Assembly: GCA_011056555.1 (NCBI GenBank)
Contig: DSEQ01000009.1
Span: 16,281-80,280, forward strand
DNA from: Candidatus Zixiibacteriota bacterium
GTDB lineage: Bacteria; Zixibacteria; MSB-5A5; JAABVY01
Direction: 5' to 3'
Length of the DNA stretch: 64,000 nucleotides
The translations under genes and the position numbers were made by a program. Shown in pieces: positions 50,241 to 58,649 of this stretch. Below the pieces are notes generated by a model. That model saw only the letters and a list, made by a program, of their open reading frames with translations, searched no databases and had not been told where the DNA came from. The first letter of the stretch is position 1. The number at the start of each line of letters is the position of its first letter.

Positions 50241-51059
50241 TTATTCATCCAGTTCGAAAACAACTTTATAGGCAATCCAAACACCAATTGGTTCACCCTC
50301 TAACATTGCCGGTTTATATTTTCTTTCAATAGCGGCCTCCAAGGCAGCTTCCTCGAATCCAATATCAGTGCCGGAGTCCTTTTTAATCTCAGCACATTTT
50401 ACTGTGCCATGCTTGTCAACATAGGCCCTGATCCAGACAGTACCTTCAATTCCTTCTTTCTTTGCCTCATCAGGAAATTCCGGCTCCGGCCCGGACAGCA
50501 GAATTGGATCAACATCGATTATCTCAAAGCTATCGGGCTCAGGGCAATCCGTGTCAGCATCTGCCTTCGTACCGGTTTTGACGACATTTTCATCCCCAAA
50601 TATGACTTTATAGGCAACCCATACTGCCACCGGCTGGCCGTCTTTTATAGCAGGACGGTACTTTCTTTGCCAGGCAGCTCGTATAGCCGCCTCCTCAAAA
50701 CCGACATCCTTTCCGGATTCTCTGGCAACAAACACATCGCGAACAGATCCGTCTTTGTCAACAAGCAACTTGATCCAGACGTCACCGCCAATACCCTCTT
50801 TCAAAGCTCCTTCGGGATAAACCGGTTCAGGCGCATCTATTAGTATTGGCTTTTCATCAATGCTGGCGCTTACCTCCAGCTCGGAAACGGGCTCAGAGAT
50901 ATTTGCACTGTCGATTACTATAATACGGTCCCGGGCATGATTGAACTTCTGCGAATACATGCTTTCCGATTCTATTACATTTTCATGTGAACTTTGTCCC
51001 GTTAACGGAAAAGCAATCGCTGCGATGCCGAGTACACTGCTTGCCATCACTTGCAACAC
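50241..51059 (-). CDS. Secreted protein with two tandem TonB C-terminal (TonB_C) domains
   Basis: Two ~95-aa repeats carry EPVYPEGALKEGIGGDVWIKLLVDKDGSV...YRPAIKDGQPVAVWVAYKVIF and EPEFPDEAKKEGIEGTVWIRAYVDKHGTV...YKPAMLEGEPIGVWIAYKVVF. GTG start. Confidence 0.75.
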   Translation of the reverse strand: MLQVMASSVLGIAAIAFPLTGQSSHENVIESESMYSQKFNHARDRIIVIDSANISEPVSELEVSASIDEKPILIDAPEPVYPEGALKEGIGGDVWIKLLVDKDGSVRDVFVARESGKDVGFEEAAIRAAWQRKYRPAIKDGQPVAVWVAYKVIFGDENVVKTGTKADADTDCPEPDSFEIIDVDPILLSGPEPEFPDEAKKEGIEGTVWIRAYVDKHGTVKCAEIKKDSGTDIGFEEAALEAAIERKYKPAMLEGEPIGVWIAYKVVFELDE

Positions 51060-51149
51060 TTTATAGATATTTACCTCCTTATTTTGTGGACTCGACCTTT
51101 TTGACGAATACTATTGTGATATGTCAAATTTTTTTTGAAAGCTAAAATC

Positions 51150-51179
51150 AAAAAAAACGGCCCGCTTTAAAGCGAGCCG
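51150..51179 (-). terminator. Rho-independent terminator after the esterase-TPR gene
   Basis: The minus strand reads CGGCTCGC-TTTAAA-GCGGGCCG followed by TTTTTTTT. It lies 23 nt downstream of the stop at 51202. Confidence 0.6.
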
Positions 51180-51201
51180 CTTAAAATCGAATCAAGCCAT
51201 T

Positions 51202-52404
51202 TTACTGCAGGCCCAATTTGTCCTGCATATTTTCCAGATGCTGCTTATAGATTGGAAGATTCGGATCAGCTATAATTTCACCCTTTTCCACCGCCAGAGC
51301 ATAATTCTCGCGCGCCAGTTCAAATTCGCCCATGGCCTCATATCCCTCTCCCAGGCTGTCATAAACATTGGCTGAATTAGGGTATTTCTTAACATTCAGT
51401 TTGAAGATCTTGATAGCCTTATCGAAATTCTCCTGTCCCAGCGCAGTATAACCCATCATATTCAGGACTGCCTCGGGTACATCGATCTCATAACCAAACC
51501 TATTGCTGAGCTTGAGAAAATGCTCATGCACCGCTGCCACAGTGCTGTCCAGAAGGCCCGGAGGGAGTTCCCAGCCGTCATATAAATCCTCTAGGGCTTT
51601 ATATATGGTCAAATGCGGAGTGGAGCCGTGATCCTCATCCCCCATAAAGTCGTAGTGCCAAACCAGACCCTCGGGCGCCTCGCTTTCCAGCAGCAATGTG
51701 AAACGTTCCGCCGATTCCGTCATCAGCTGTCCCTCATTACCCATACTGATATAAAGGAATTTCCGAAGATCGGGACTTTGCTTGAAAAATGGCCGCGCCT
51801 TACGGGCCAGATAGTTATCATCCCACCAGAATGTCGGACTGATAGCAACATAGGCATCAAACATCTCCGGTCTGCTCAAAAGAGCATTGACCGTAAAGAG
51901 CCCGCCGAATGAATGCCCTACAAGGATTCTGTAGTCTTTCGTCCGATAATGCTTGTTCACATATGGAATCAACTCTTTTTCAAAAAATTCCAGAAAATTT
52001 TCGGCCCCTCCTGCGGTTTCAAACCTGCTGCCTCGATTGGAGATATCTCTGGTGGGGGAAAAGTCGCGCGTGCGATCTGTATTGACCAGCGCTACCACAA
52101 TCATGTTGGATATCCTGCCCTCCCGCGTCAGAAAATCTACAATCCCTGTTACGTGATGAAAATGATAGGTACCGTCAAGCAGATACATCACCGGGTACTT
52201 TGTTTCGCTCTGCTCATATCCGGTGGGTGTATAGACCAGAATTATGCGCTCTTCATTAAGAATCTCGGACTGGAGTTTATTCAACTGCCCGAGATAGATT
52301 TTGTCACCCTCCGCCTGTGCAAATGCGGGCCTGGACGCCGGATAAAAGGCCAGCACAAGAAATAGTGATGCCACAGTTATTAATAACTTTGATTTGGTTC
52401 TCAT
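51202..52404 (-). CDS. Alpha/beta hydrolase (putative-esterase family, siderophore-esterase-like) with a C-terminal TPR region
   Basis: YPVMYLLDG and the nucleophile elbow VGHSFGG, plus a signal peptide. The C-terminal GYTALGQENFDKAIKIFKLNVKKYPNSANVYDSLGEGYEAMGEFELA is TPR-like. I chose the start at 52404 (AAGGAG lies 9 nt upstream). Confidence 0.8.
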   Translation of the reverse strand: MRTKSKLLITVASLFLVLAFYPASRPAFAQAEGDKIYLGQLNKLQSEILNEERIILVYTPTGYEQSETKYPVMYLLDGTYHFHHVTGIVDFLTREGRISNMIVVALVNTDRTRDFSPTRDISNRGSRFETAGGAENFLEFFEKELIPYVNKHYRTKDYRILVGHSFGGLFTVNALLSRPEMFDAYVAISPTFWWDDNYLARKARPFFKQSPDLRKFLYISMGNEGQLMTESAERFTLLLESEAPEGLVWHYDFMGDEDHGSTPHLTIYKALEDLYDGWELPPGLLDSTVAAVHEHFLKLSNRFGYEIDVPEAVLNMMGYTALGQENFDKAIKIFKLNVKKYPNSANVYDSLGEGYEAMGEFELARENYALAVEKGEIIADPNLPIYKQHLENMQDKLGLQ

Positions 52405-52659
52405 AACGCTCTGCTCCTTAATTATGGAATAAAAGCGCGGTAAACCCACGCCTCGCTTCTATATATGTATTTTTAACGCCAATGTTTCATTGGCTTTCGA
52501 GAATGGTCATTATGTGGACATTTTTCCAGGGCAGGCCCGGTTGCAAGCGCTTGTTTAGCTGGCGGGAAAGAGCAGGTTGGAAGAGCCAGTACGTCCGGGG
52601 AGATGGAAGCCTCCCCTTATTTATGAGGGAGACTTCCAAATTTTCTATGAACTCGTGAA

Positions 52660-53553
52660 TTAAATATCAAACATACCTTCATACGCATCCGTGTGCGCCG
52701 GGCTGACCCGCAGGTGATATGGTTTCGCCCAGGCCTTCATTTCAGCCTCGGCATAGGGAGCAACCTCTTCGGCATAAACATAATTCAAATCATTCAAAGC
52801 CTCCAGGAAGAAATATGTCCAGGCACCATGCTCAAAAGCGTAGACATCATAGGAATCTGAATTGGTCGAGGCTGTGGCCATGAAAGTTCCGGCCTGGCAA
52901 TCTAGATGAAAGTCTCCAATAACACAGGCGTCAAGCGTCACCAGCTTCTTCGTGCATGCGGCGGAATTAATATACTGCATTACAAAGCCATGCGTCATAT
53001 AATACATGTCAGTTGAAATTATGCATGAGCCATAGCCGGGGTACTTGGTACCATGACCCGAATAGCAGAATGCGATCTCATCCCCGGCGGCGGCCTGGGC
53101 CTCAAGCCATTGCAGACCGGCCTGGATATTGTCGGCCGTGGCGCTTTGATCGAGATCCATTTGAACGGTGAAACCCTGGCCCTGCAGGTAGCTCTTCATC
53201 GCCTGAGCATCATCATCGCAGAAATTCAAATCATTAACCGTCCCGTCATAATCAGATATTCCCACAATATAGGCATACTTATGGGCTGGATTGGGATTCG
53301 GGTCCTGGCTTCCGGTATCCGGGGGCGGTTTGGGCGGCTTCTTTTCCAATGCGTCGACAAACTGTTGAGAAGGCGCAATCAGATAAGACTGAATCACCTC
53401 CGCCGGTCTTATGTCGACGAATTCCGGACGAGGGGTCAGGACAATCGCTGCTTTCTGGCTGTCCGGATTGCTGTCGACAGGAGACTCACTGCAGGACAGT
53501 GCCAGACAAAGCAAAATCCCTGTGGCAATCAAAAGGATTGCTGGTTTCCTCAT
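52660..53553 (-). CDS. Caspase-fold (peptidase C14/C13-like) lipoprotein
   Basis: Lipobox LALSCSESP. YAYIVGISDY, the catalytic-His context FCYSGHG and the catalytic-Cys context LVTLDACVIG are arranged as in the caspase His-Cys dyad. Confidence 0.7.
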   Translation of the reverse strand: MRKPAILLIATGILLCLALSCSESPVDSNPDSQKAAIVLTPRPEFVDIRPAEVIQSYLIAPSQQFVDALEKKPPKPPPDTGSQDPNPNPAHKYAYIVGISDYDGTVNDLNFCDDDAQAMKSYLQGQGFTVQMDLDQSATADNIQAGLQWLEAQAAAGDEIAFCYSGHGTKYPGYGSCIISTDMYYMTHGFVMQYINSAACTKKLVTLDACVIGDFHLDCQAGTFMATASTNSDSYDVYAFEHGAWTYFFLEALNDLNYVYAEEVAPYAEAEMKAWAKPYHLRVSPAHTDAYEGMFDI

Positions 53554-53699
53554 TTCTCCTCCTGTTTATTTAAGATTTGGGCTTTAGATAGCATATATAT
53601 ATACTGTATCATCTATTTTGTACCAAAATAAAAATTAATGGTCCTGTCTCTTTTATGAATCCAGGAACAAAAACCTGAAATTCAGATTCTAAAAATTAA

Positions 53700-54179
53700 A
53701 TGGGTTCAAATAATGAAAAAATATTGCGTGACTATCTAGCCCGGATGCTGAACTGGCAGGATGCTCATGTTAACCTGGAAAAGGCTGTGGAAAATTTTCC
53801 GCCTGACCTGATGGGAAAAAAGCCGGAAGGTGCGGCGCATTCGGCCTGGCAGTTACTGGAACATATGCGCCTGGCCCAATGGGATATCCTGGATTTCATC
53901 AAAAATCCAGATTACGAGGAGCTGAATTGGCCGGATGATTACTGGCCTAAAGACCCTGCTCCTCCTGATGATTCCGCCTGGGACAAAAGCATCGAATCAT
54001 TCAACGCTGATCTCAAGGAACTCCAGGACATGGCCAGAGACAGCTCGGTCGATCTCTACAGCAAGATTCCGCATGGCAGCGGTCAGACCATACTGCGGGA
54101 GTTATTGCTGGTGGCCGATCATAATACTTATCACCTGGGTCAAATAGTGCAGCTGCGCAAAATGCTGGGCGCCTGGTAA
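53700..54179 (+). CDS. DinB-family protein
   Basis: 159 aa. AWQLLEHMRLAQWDIL and ADHNTYHLGQIVQLRKMLG contain the DinB four-helix His triad pattern. Confidence 0.8.
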   Translation: MGSNNEKILRDYLARMLNWQDAHVNLEKAVENFPPDLMGKKPEGAAHSAWQLLEHMRLAQWDILDFIKNPDYEELNWPDDYWPKDPAPPDDSAWDKSIESFNADLKELQDMARDSSVDLYSKIPHGSGQTILRELLLVADHNTYHLGQIVQLRKMLGAW

Positions 54180-54296
54180 GAGATTTCTCTGCTTTAGTCC
54201 AGAAGACCAATCTATTTTAAATGCCCGGCGGACCTCCTTATCCACCGGGCATTTTTTCCCGTGCACGAGCCACCAAAGAATACCCCAGCGACAGCC

Positions 54297-54599
54297 CTAT
54301 GTCGGCTGAGGTTCATATTTGACTTCCTTGCCCATCTCTGAAAATGAGAAGTTGTGGAAGACATTATGACCGTTGTAGTCCAGCACCCGCAGATCATCAA
54401 CCTGCTTGACATCATTCATGACAGTTTCGAAAGTGGAGGCGTATTTCTCTTTGACGCGTTCGAGTGGAATTTCGCAGGCGATAAAGCGTTTAATTCCTTT
54501 GGCGCTCAAAGTCTCCACGAATTTAGGATCGGTAAATGACTCATAGGAAGTCAAAATCAGAATTGGGCCTGTGCCGGTAAAAATAATTGCGGCTTTCAT
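54297..54599 (-). CDS. Small conserved-looking cytosolic protein of unknown function
   Basis: 100 aa from the ATG at 54599, with GGAGG 7 nt upstream. It has an alpha/beta-like alternation (MKAAIIFTGTGPILILTSYE...). I could not assign a family. Confidence 0.45.
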   Translation of the reverse strand: MKAAIIFTGTGPILILTSYESFTDPKFVETLSAKGIKRFIACEIPLERVKEKYASTFETVMNDVKQVDDLRVLDYNGHNVFHNFSFSEMGKEVKYEPQPT

Positions 54600-54817
54600 C
54601 TGACGGCCTCCATTATTAAGGTTTTTATCAAAGCCGGAGTCCAATCAAGATGTAATAAATTCTCTGATGCTGTATCAGGTGGGTTTGTCTCTCACCTGTA
54701 ATTTATCTGGAATCCGCCATCCTGGCAAGCATTTTTCACTGATCTTGTGATAATCACATAAAAGGCATCCTTTGTCAGTTTAAATACCGGGGATTGAATC
54801 CGGCCTTCCCTTCGGGC

Positions 54818-54848
54818 AAAAAAAATCCCGCACTCGGCGGGATTTTTT
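54818..54848 (-). terminator. Bidirectional-looking rho-independent terminator
   Basis: Stem ATCCCGC / GCGGGAT, a 5-nt loop, an A-run on one side and a T-run on the other. It lies 17 nt downstream of the minus-strand stop at 54865. Confidence 0.65.
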
Positions 54849-54864
54849 CAAGCGTAAAATCGAA

Positions 54865-55506
54865 TTATTTCTTCTTGTTCTTACCCTGACTCTTATTATT
54901 CCTGGCAGGTTCCTGATCTTCGGCATACTTTTCGGTCTTGGACTTGTTCTTTTTGTTCTTCACCTGTGTATTGATTTGAACAAAATTGTGTCCATTGGCG
55001 CGCATCTTGATAACCTCCTCCGGTGCATAGCCATAATGCTCGGAGATAAAGCGCAGGTTGACAAAATTAACGATATCGGCATCGGACAACACTATTTCCC
55101 CCCATTGGCTCTTCTTCTTGTTCTTGTAATGCCCGTAAGCCTTGCCGTAGGGCGGCACAGGCTTGCCCTCCACAGGCACATAGTAAACGCCCGCATTGAG
55201 CCCGAAATGTGCCGTTATCTGCCACCAGGATTTCCCTTCAAGCCGCAGCTGGACAATCAACCCCGGGGAAACTTCCGCTTTTCTCGCCAAAAAGAACACC
55301 ACCGGCATCTCCTCTTCGGGAATCTTGCTGCGTCTGACAACGATTAGTTCTTTCTCAGGCGCTCTATAATGTTCCCCTATTGCCAGATAGAAGCTCTTCA
55401 AACCGTCGTCCCCGATCGAAAGACCGATATCCATATCTGCCGAGCAATCGGCTGAGGGCCAGAACAAACATAGACAAATCACTGCCGGAATTATTAAAGC
55501 TCGCAT
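54865..55506 (-). CDS. Hypothetical secreted protein with a lysine-rich C-terminal tail
   Basis: The start at 55506 follows GGAGGA. Signal-like MRALIIPAVICLCLFWPSADC, and the C-terminus is NKKNKSKTEKYAEDQEPARNNKSQGKNKKK. No recognisable domain. Confidence 0.5.
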   Translation of the reverse strand: MRALIIPAVICLCLFWPSADCSADMDIGLSIGDDGLKSFYLAIGEHYRAPEKELIVVRRSKIPEEEMPVVFFLARKAEVSPGLIVQLRLEGKSWWQITAHFGLNAGVYYVPVEGKPVPPYGKAYGHYKNKKKSQWGEIVLSDADIVNFVNLRFISEHYGYAPEEVIKMRANGHNFVQINTQVKNKKNKSKTEKYAEDQEPARNNKSQGKNKKK

Positions 55507-55666
55507 ATTTTCCTCCACAATTGCGGTGATACTGCACAATAAAACCGGGTTCTGGAAACCCGTGACACCTACCTTTATATTGTCGGAGGGATTATATCCG
55601 ATTCTTAAGAAAATTAATTTATATTCCCGAGCCCGAAGCCAAACCTGTTGTAATTCAAGCGGATAA

Positions 55667-55697
55667 ATAAAAAACCCGGCGTGAATGAAGGCCGGGC
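55667..55697 (-). terminator. Candidate terminator after the class-V aminotransferase gene
   Basis: The minus strand reads CCCGGC, a 10-nt loop, GCCGGG, then TTTTTT. Confidence 0.5.
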
Positions 55698-55720
55698 TTG
55701 ATTTTTTGAAAGTCGAGATT

Positions 55721-56920
55721 TCAGCTTGCGGATGATACCGATTTTTTCATCTGACGGGCGCGCTGGGCGATCTCATCAACAGCATTTATAGCCGCATCGA
55801 TATCCTCTCCGGTATTGAACGGCCCGATTGCAAACCGTACCCCGCCGTGAATCTTGTCGATTCCGAGCTGCTTATGAACCAACGGAGCGCAGTGTAATCC
55901 GGTGCGGGTGGCGATGCTGAAATCCACATCCAGCATGATACCCACATTTCCTGCCTCCATATCCTTGACATTGATTGTCATGGTCGCCAGATGATTTTCC
56001 ATACTGCCACAGCAGTAAACCTCGACGCCGTCGATCTTCTTGAAACCGTCGGCCAGCTTTTGAGCAAGTTTCATCTCATGCTTATAGATAACATCAACGC
56101 CGCCCTGCTCCCTGATCCAGTCCTGTCCGGCCCAGAGCGAGGCGATCCCAACCATATTGGGGGTGCCGAATTCCATCCGGTAGGGATACTCCTCCAGATG
56201 GTAGGGATAAGCCGAGCGTACCCCGGTGCCGCCGCTTCTGGTCTGCTTGATTTCGACATGCTTGCGCACACATAGACCGCCAATTCCGGTCGAGCCCATC
56301 ATTCCTTTATGGCCGGTAAAGGCCAGCACATCGACATTCATCTCTTTCATGTTAATAGGCACCACTCCGGCGGTCTGGGAGACATCGATCGCAAAGAGCA
56401 CATCCATCTCTTTGCAGACGGCGCCTATTTCGGCCACCGGCTGGATTGTACCGATGACATTGGAGCCGTGATTTACTATAACGAGCTTTGTATTTGGCTT
56501 AATGGCTGCTTTGATGGCATCCGGTTCAACAAAACCGTCTTTGTTAAAGGGCACATAAGTAGCTTCCACACCATGATCGCGCACCAGATGATTGATCGGT
56601 CGGATGACCGAGTTGTGTTCCAGGTTGGTGGTAACTACATGATCCCCCTCGGACAATAGCCCCTGGATGATCAGGTTCAGGGCATCGGTGGCGTTATAGG
56701 AATAGCACAGCCGTTCGGGAGCGTCCTCATCTCCGCCAAAGAATTTGGTGAGCGTCTTGCGAAGATCCTCAACTATATTGCCGGCTTCTATGGCCTTATC
56801 GAAACCGCTTCGTCCCGGATTGACCCCGCATCCGCGGTAGAATTCTATCATGAAGTCGTAGACTTTATCCGGTTTGGGCCATGATGTGGCCGCGTTGTCG
56901 AGATATATCAGTTTTTCCAC
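55721..56920 (-). CDS. Class-V aminotransferase-fold PLP enzyme (cysteine desulfurase / selenocysteine lyase family)
   Basis: IYLDNAATSWPKP at the N-terminus, the PLP lysine in FTGHKGMMGSTGIGGL, and the active-site Cys in TRTGLHCAP. Confidence 0.85.
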   Translation of the reverse strand: MEKLIYLDNAATSWPKPDKVYDFMIEFYRGCGVNPGRSGFDKAIEAGNIVEDLRKTLTKFFGGDEDAPERLCYSYNATDALNLIIQGLLSEGDHVVTTNLEHNSVIRPINHLVRDHGVEATYVPFNKDGFVEPDAIKAAIKPNTKLVIVNHGSNVIGTIQPVAEIGAVCKEMDVLFAIDVSQTAGVVPINMKEMNVDVLAFTGHKGMMGSTGIGGLCVRKHVEIKQTRSGGTGVRSAYPYHLEEYPYRMEFGTPNMVGIASLWAGQDWIREQGGVDVIYKHEMKLAQKLADGFKKIDGVEVYCCGSMENHLATMTINVKDMEAGNVGIMLDVDFSIATRTGLHCAPLVHKQLGIDKIHGGVRFAIGPFNTGEDIDAAINAVDEIAQRARQMKKSVSSAS

Positions 56921-57407
56921 ATGTGACTCCTGTATAAAATAAAATATTTTTGCAAAATTAAGGGAAGATTCAGTTTTGGCAGGCTTCTACAGCCCATCGA
57001 AGATTTCCTCTCTTCCGCGTCCCCGGGAGAGCGCGAAAATAGCCCGTCTTTAAGGTCATAAGATAATCATACGCACCATATCTGTCAACCTGTTGTGAAA
57101 TTTACATCAGAATTTGTGGGGAGTATATATTTAATCAGGAGTGTTTTGGTCTTTTGTAGTAAATAAGAAATTTTGTAGCCCACATTTGGGATTTATGGGG
57201 TGCCCCATCCCCGCAAGGGGTGGGTTTGCACGTGCCGGCAGAAACCCTTTCCTGCCGGAGATATACATGATTAGATGGCTTAGCAGGTCAAACCCTTCCG
57301 GGACTTGAACAGCCGTCGGGTATTGGTTGCCGACGCGACATAAGAGATTCTTCGCCCGTCAAAGGCCGGGTCCTTGACTTCGCTCTGAATGACTCTGGCA
57401 AACATAC

Positions 57408-57438
57408 AAAAAAACCCCGCCTTGACATAAAGACGGGG
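57408..57438 (-). terminator. Rho-independent terminator after the OM barrel gene
   Basis: The minus strand reads CCCCGTCTT-tatgtc-AAGGCGGGG (one G-U pair) followed by TTTTTTT. It lies 25 nt downstream of the stop at 57463. Confidence 0.6.
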
Positions 57439-57462
57439 CGAGCAAAGTGAGTTGAATTACCC

Positions 57463-58206
57463 TTAGAAATGCACAGCCACTCCCAGACGTATATTCGCTG
57501 CATCCAGGTGAAGCCCATCCTCAAAGGTGTCGAAATCGGTGTCGTAGAAACCGTAGTAGTCGTAGTACTCCAGGTCGAGAAAATACCAGCGGTTCTCAAG
57601 AATCATCGCGTATTCGGCCAGGATGCTCAAGGATCTATTTAAAAAAACCTCCATTCCAACCGAGCCCTCGACTCCAAAGCCGAGCTGTCCGCTCTCGTCA
57701 ACCCTGACATCATAAACCCAGTCGTATGGATAGTCGTAATAAATTATAGCAAGGTCCGGATCGGTTTCCCGGTAACTCAGACGCGGACCTGCACCGAAAT
57801 AAAATCTCAGACGGTCATCGATACGGGGATAAAACAAATATTGAAGTGAAATACTCCCTCCCGAGATGTCAAAAAAGTCGATATCCCTGAAAACAAACGA
57901 GTAACCGTCATGGAAGAATACCCTGTCCTCATAAAGGTTGTCATCATCCTCGAAAAACCCGATATTTAAACGCATTGCACCCTCACGCGAGACCTGCTTT
58001 GTGAGTGAAAGCATGCCGCCGCGGAAATCATCATTATCAAAACTGCGGTCCAGATGAAGCTGCAGGGACCATGTATTGAACCGCTCCATAGGCGGCTGGC
58101 CTTTCGGCACACGTCTGATGCGGGCCTCTGCCTGCGATGGAAAGAGCAGCGCGCCCAGCGCAAAGACGATCAACATAAACAGTATTGCTTTTGTCCAGTC
58201 TGACAT
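57463..58206 (-). CDS. Hypothetical outer-membrane beta-barrel protein
   Basis: Signal peptide ILFMLIVFALGALLFPSQAEA, alternating Tyr/Phe/Asp-rich strands, and a C-terminal IRLGVAVHF ending in aromatic Phe. Confidence 0.55.
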   Translation of the reverse strand: MSDWTKAILFMLIVFALGALLFPSQAEARIRRVPKGQPPMERFNTWSLQLHLDRSFDNDDFRGGMLSLTKQVSREGAMRLNIGFFEDDDNLYEDRVFFHDGYSFVFRDIDFFDISGGSISLQYLFYPRIDDRLRFYFGAGPRLSYRETDPDLAIIYYDYPYDWVYDVRVDESGQLGFGVEGSVGMEVFLNRSLSILAEYAMILENRWYFLDLEYYDYYGFYDTDFDTFEDGLHLDAANIRLGVAVHF

Positions 58207-58299
58207 TTTATCTAACCTCCGAATTTATTCTTTCATTCTGGAGAATATTAAAACAAGTGCCGTGCCAGAAATTATAACTGATTATTTTCTAATATGTTA

Positions 58300-58475
58300 G
58301 GCACGCACAATGGATTCCTGCGTATTGGCCCCCGCACAAAAATAGTGCAAGAGATTTTGGGGCATGCACAAGGATTGGCAGAACCCAGGATTTGTGCGTT
58401 GTGCACGTCCCCGTGCACAATGTCATTCTCAACGATTTGTCACGGCGCACGGGGACGTACGCCGTGCACGAATGT
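58300..58475. repeat. Dense cluster of (C)GTGCACAA / CGCACAA motifs in both orientations, with a 12-bp perfect inverted repeat
   Basis: Plus-strand copies occur at 58304, 58333, 58364, 58412 and 58463. Minus-strand copies occur at 58391-58398, 58399-58407 and 58437-58445. The inverted repeat is ACGTCCCCGTGC (58405-58416) / GCACGGGGACGT (58447-58458), separated by 30 nt. Confidence 0.6.
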
Positions 58476-58649
58476 GGGTGAAAATCATAAAAAGAAACCC
58501 ACCGCTAAAGCGGATAGGGCACCCAAGCATTAGAAAAGATACTATTGGAGCGTTTAATATATTGCTATTCAAGTAATGAGATCAATTTATATTTGCTTGC
58601 AAAAAAACGATTTGCGACTATTCTATATAATTAGATGAAAGGAGAAGCG

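Noticed and set aside
57280-57345. Possible SRP RNA or RNase P fragment, because the minus strand reads GTCCCGGAAGGG with a GGAA tetraloop
   Set aside because: The conserved SRP domain IV flanks (AGCAGC side and the matching asymmetric loop) are absent. The RNase P GAGGAAAGTCC core is also absent. Only the tetraloop resemblance remains.
58300-58475. CRISPR array
   Set aside because: The repeats are only 7-9 nt, occur in both orientations and lack regular spacers. No cas genes are present in the window.
58294-58576. Two overlapping plus-strand ORFs (79 and 70 aa) over the GTGCAC repeat array
   Set aside because: There is no Shine-Dalgarno, and the Arg/Cys/His-rich products are generated by the repeats themselves. 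The region is better explained as non-coding repeat DNA.
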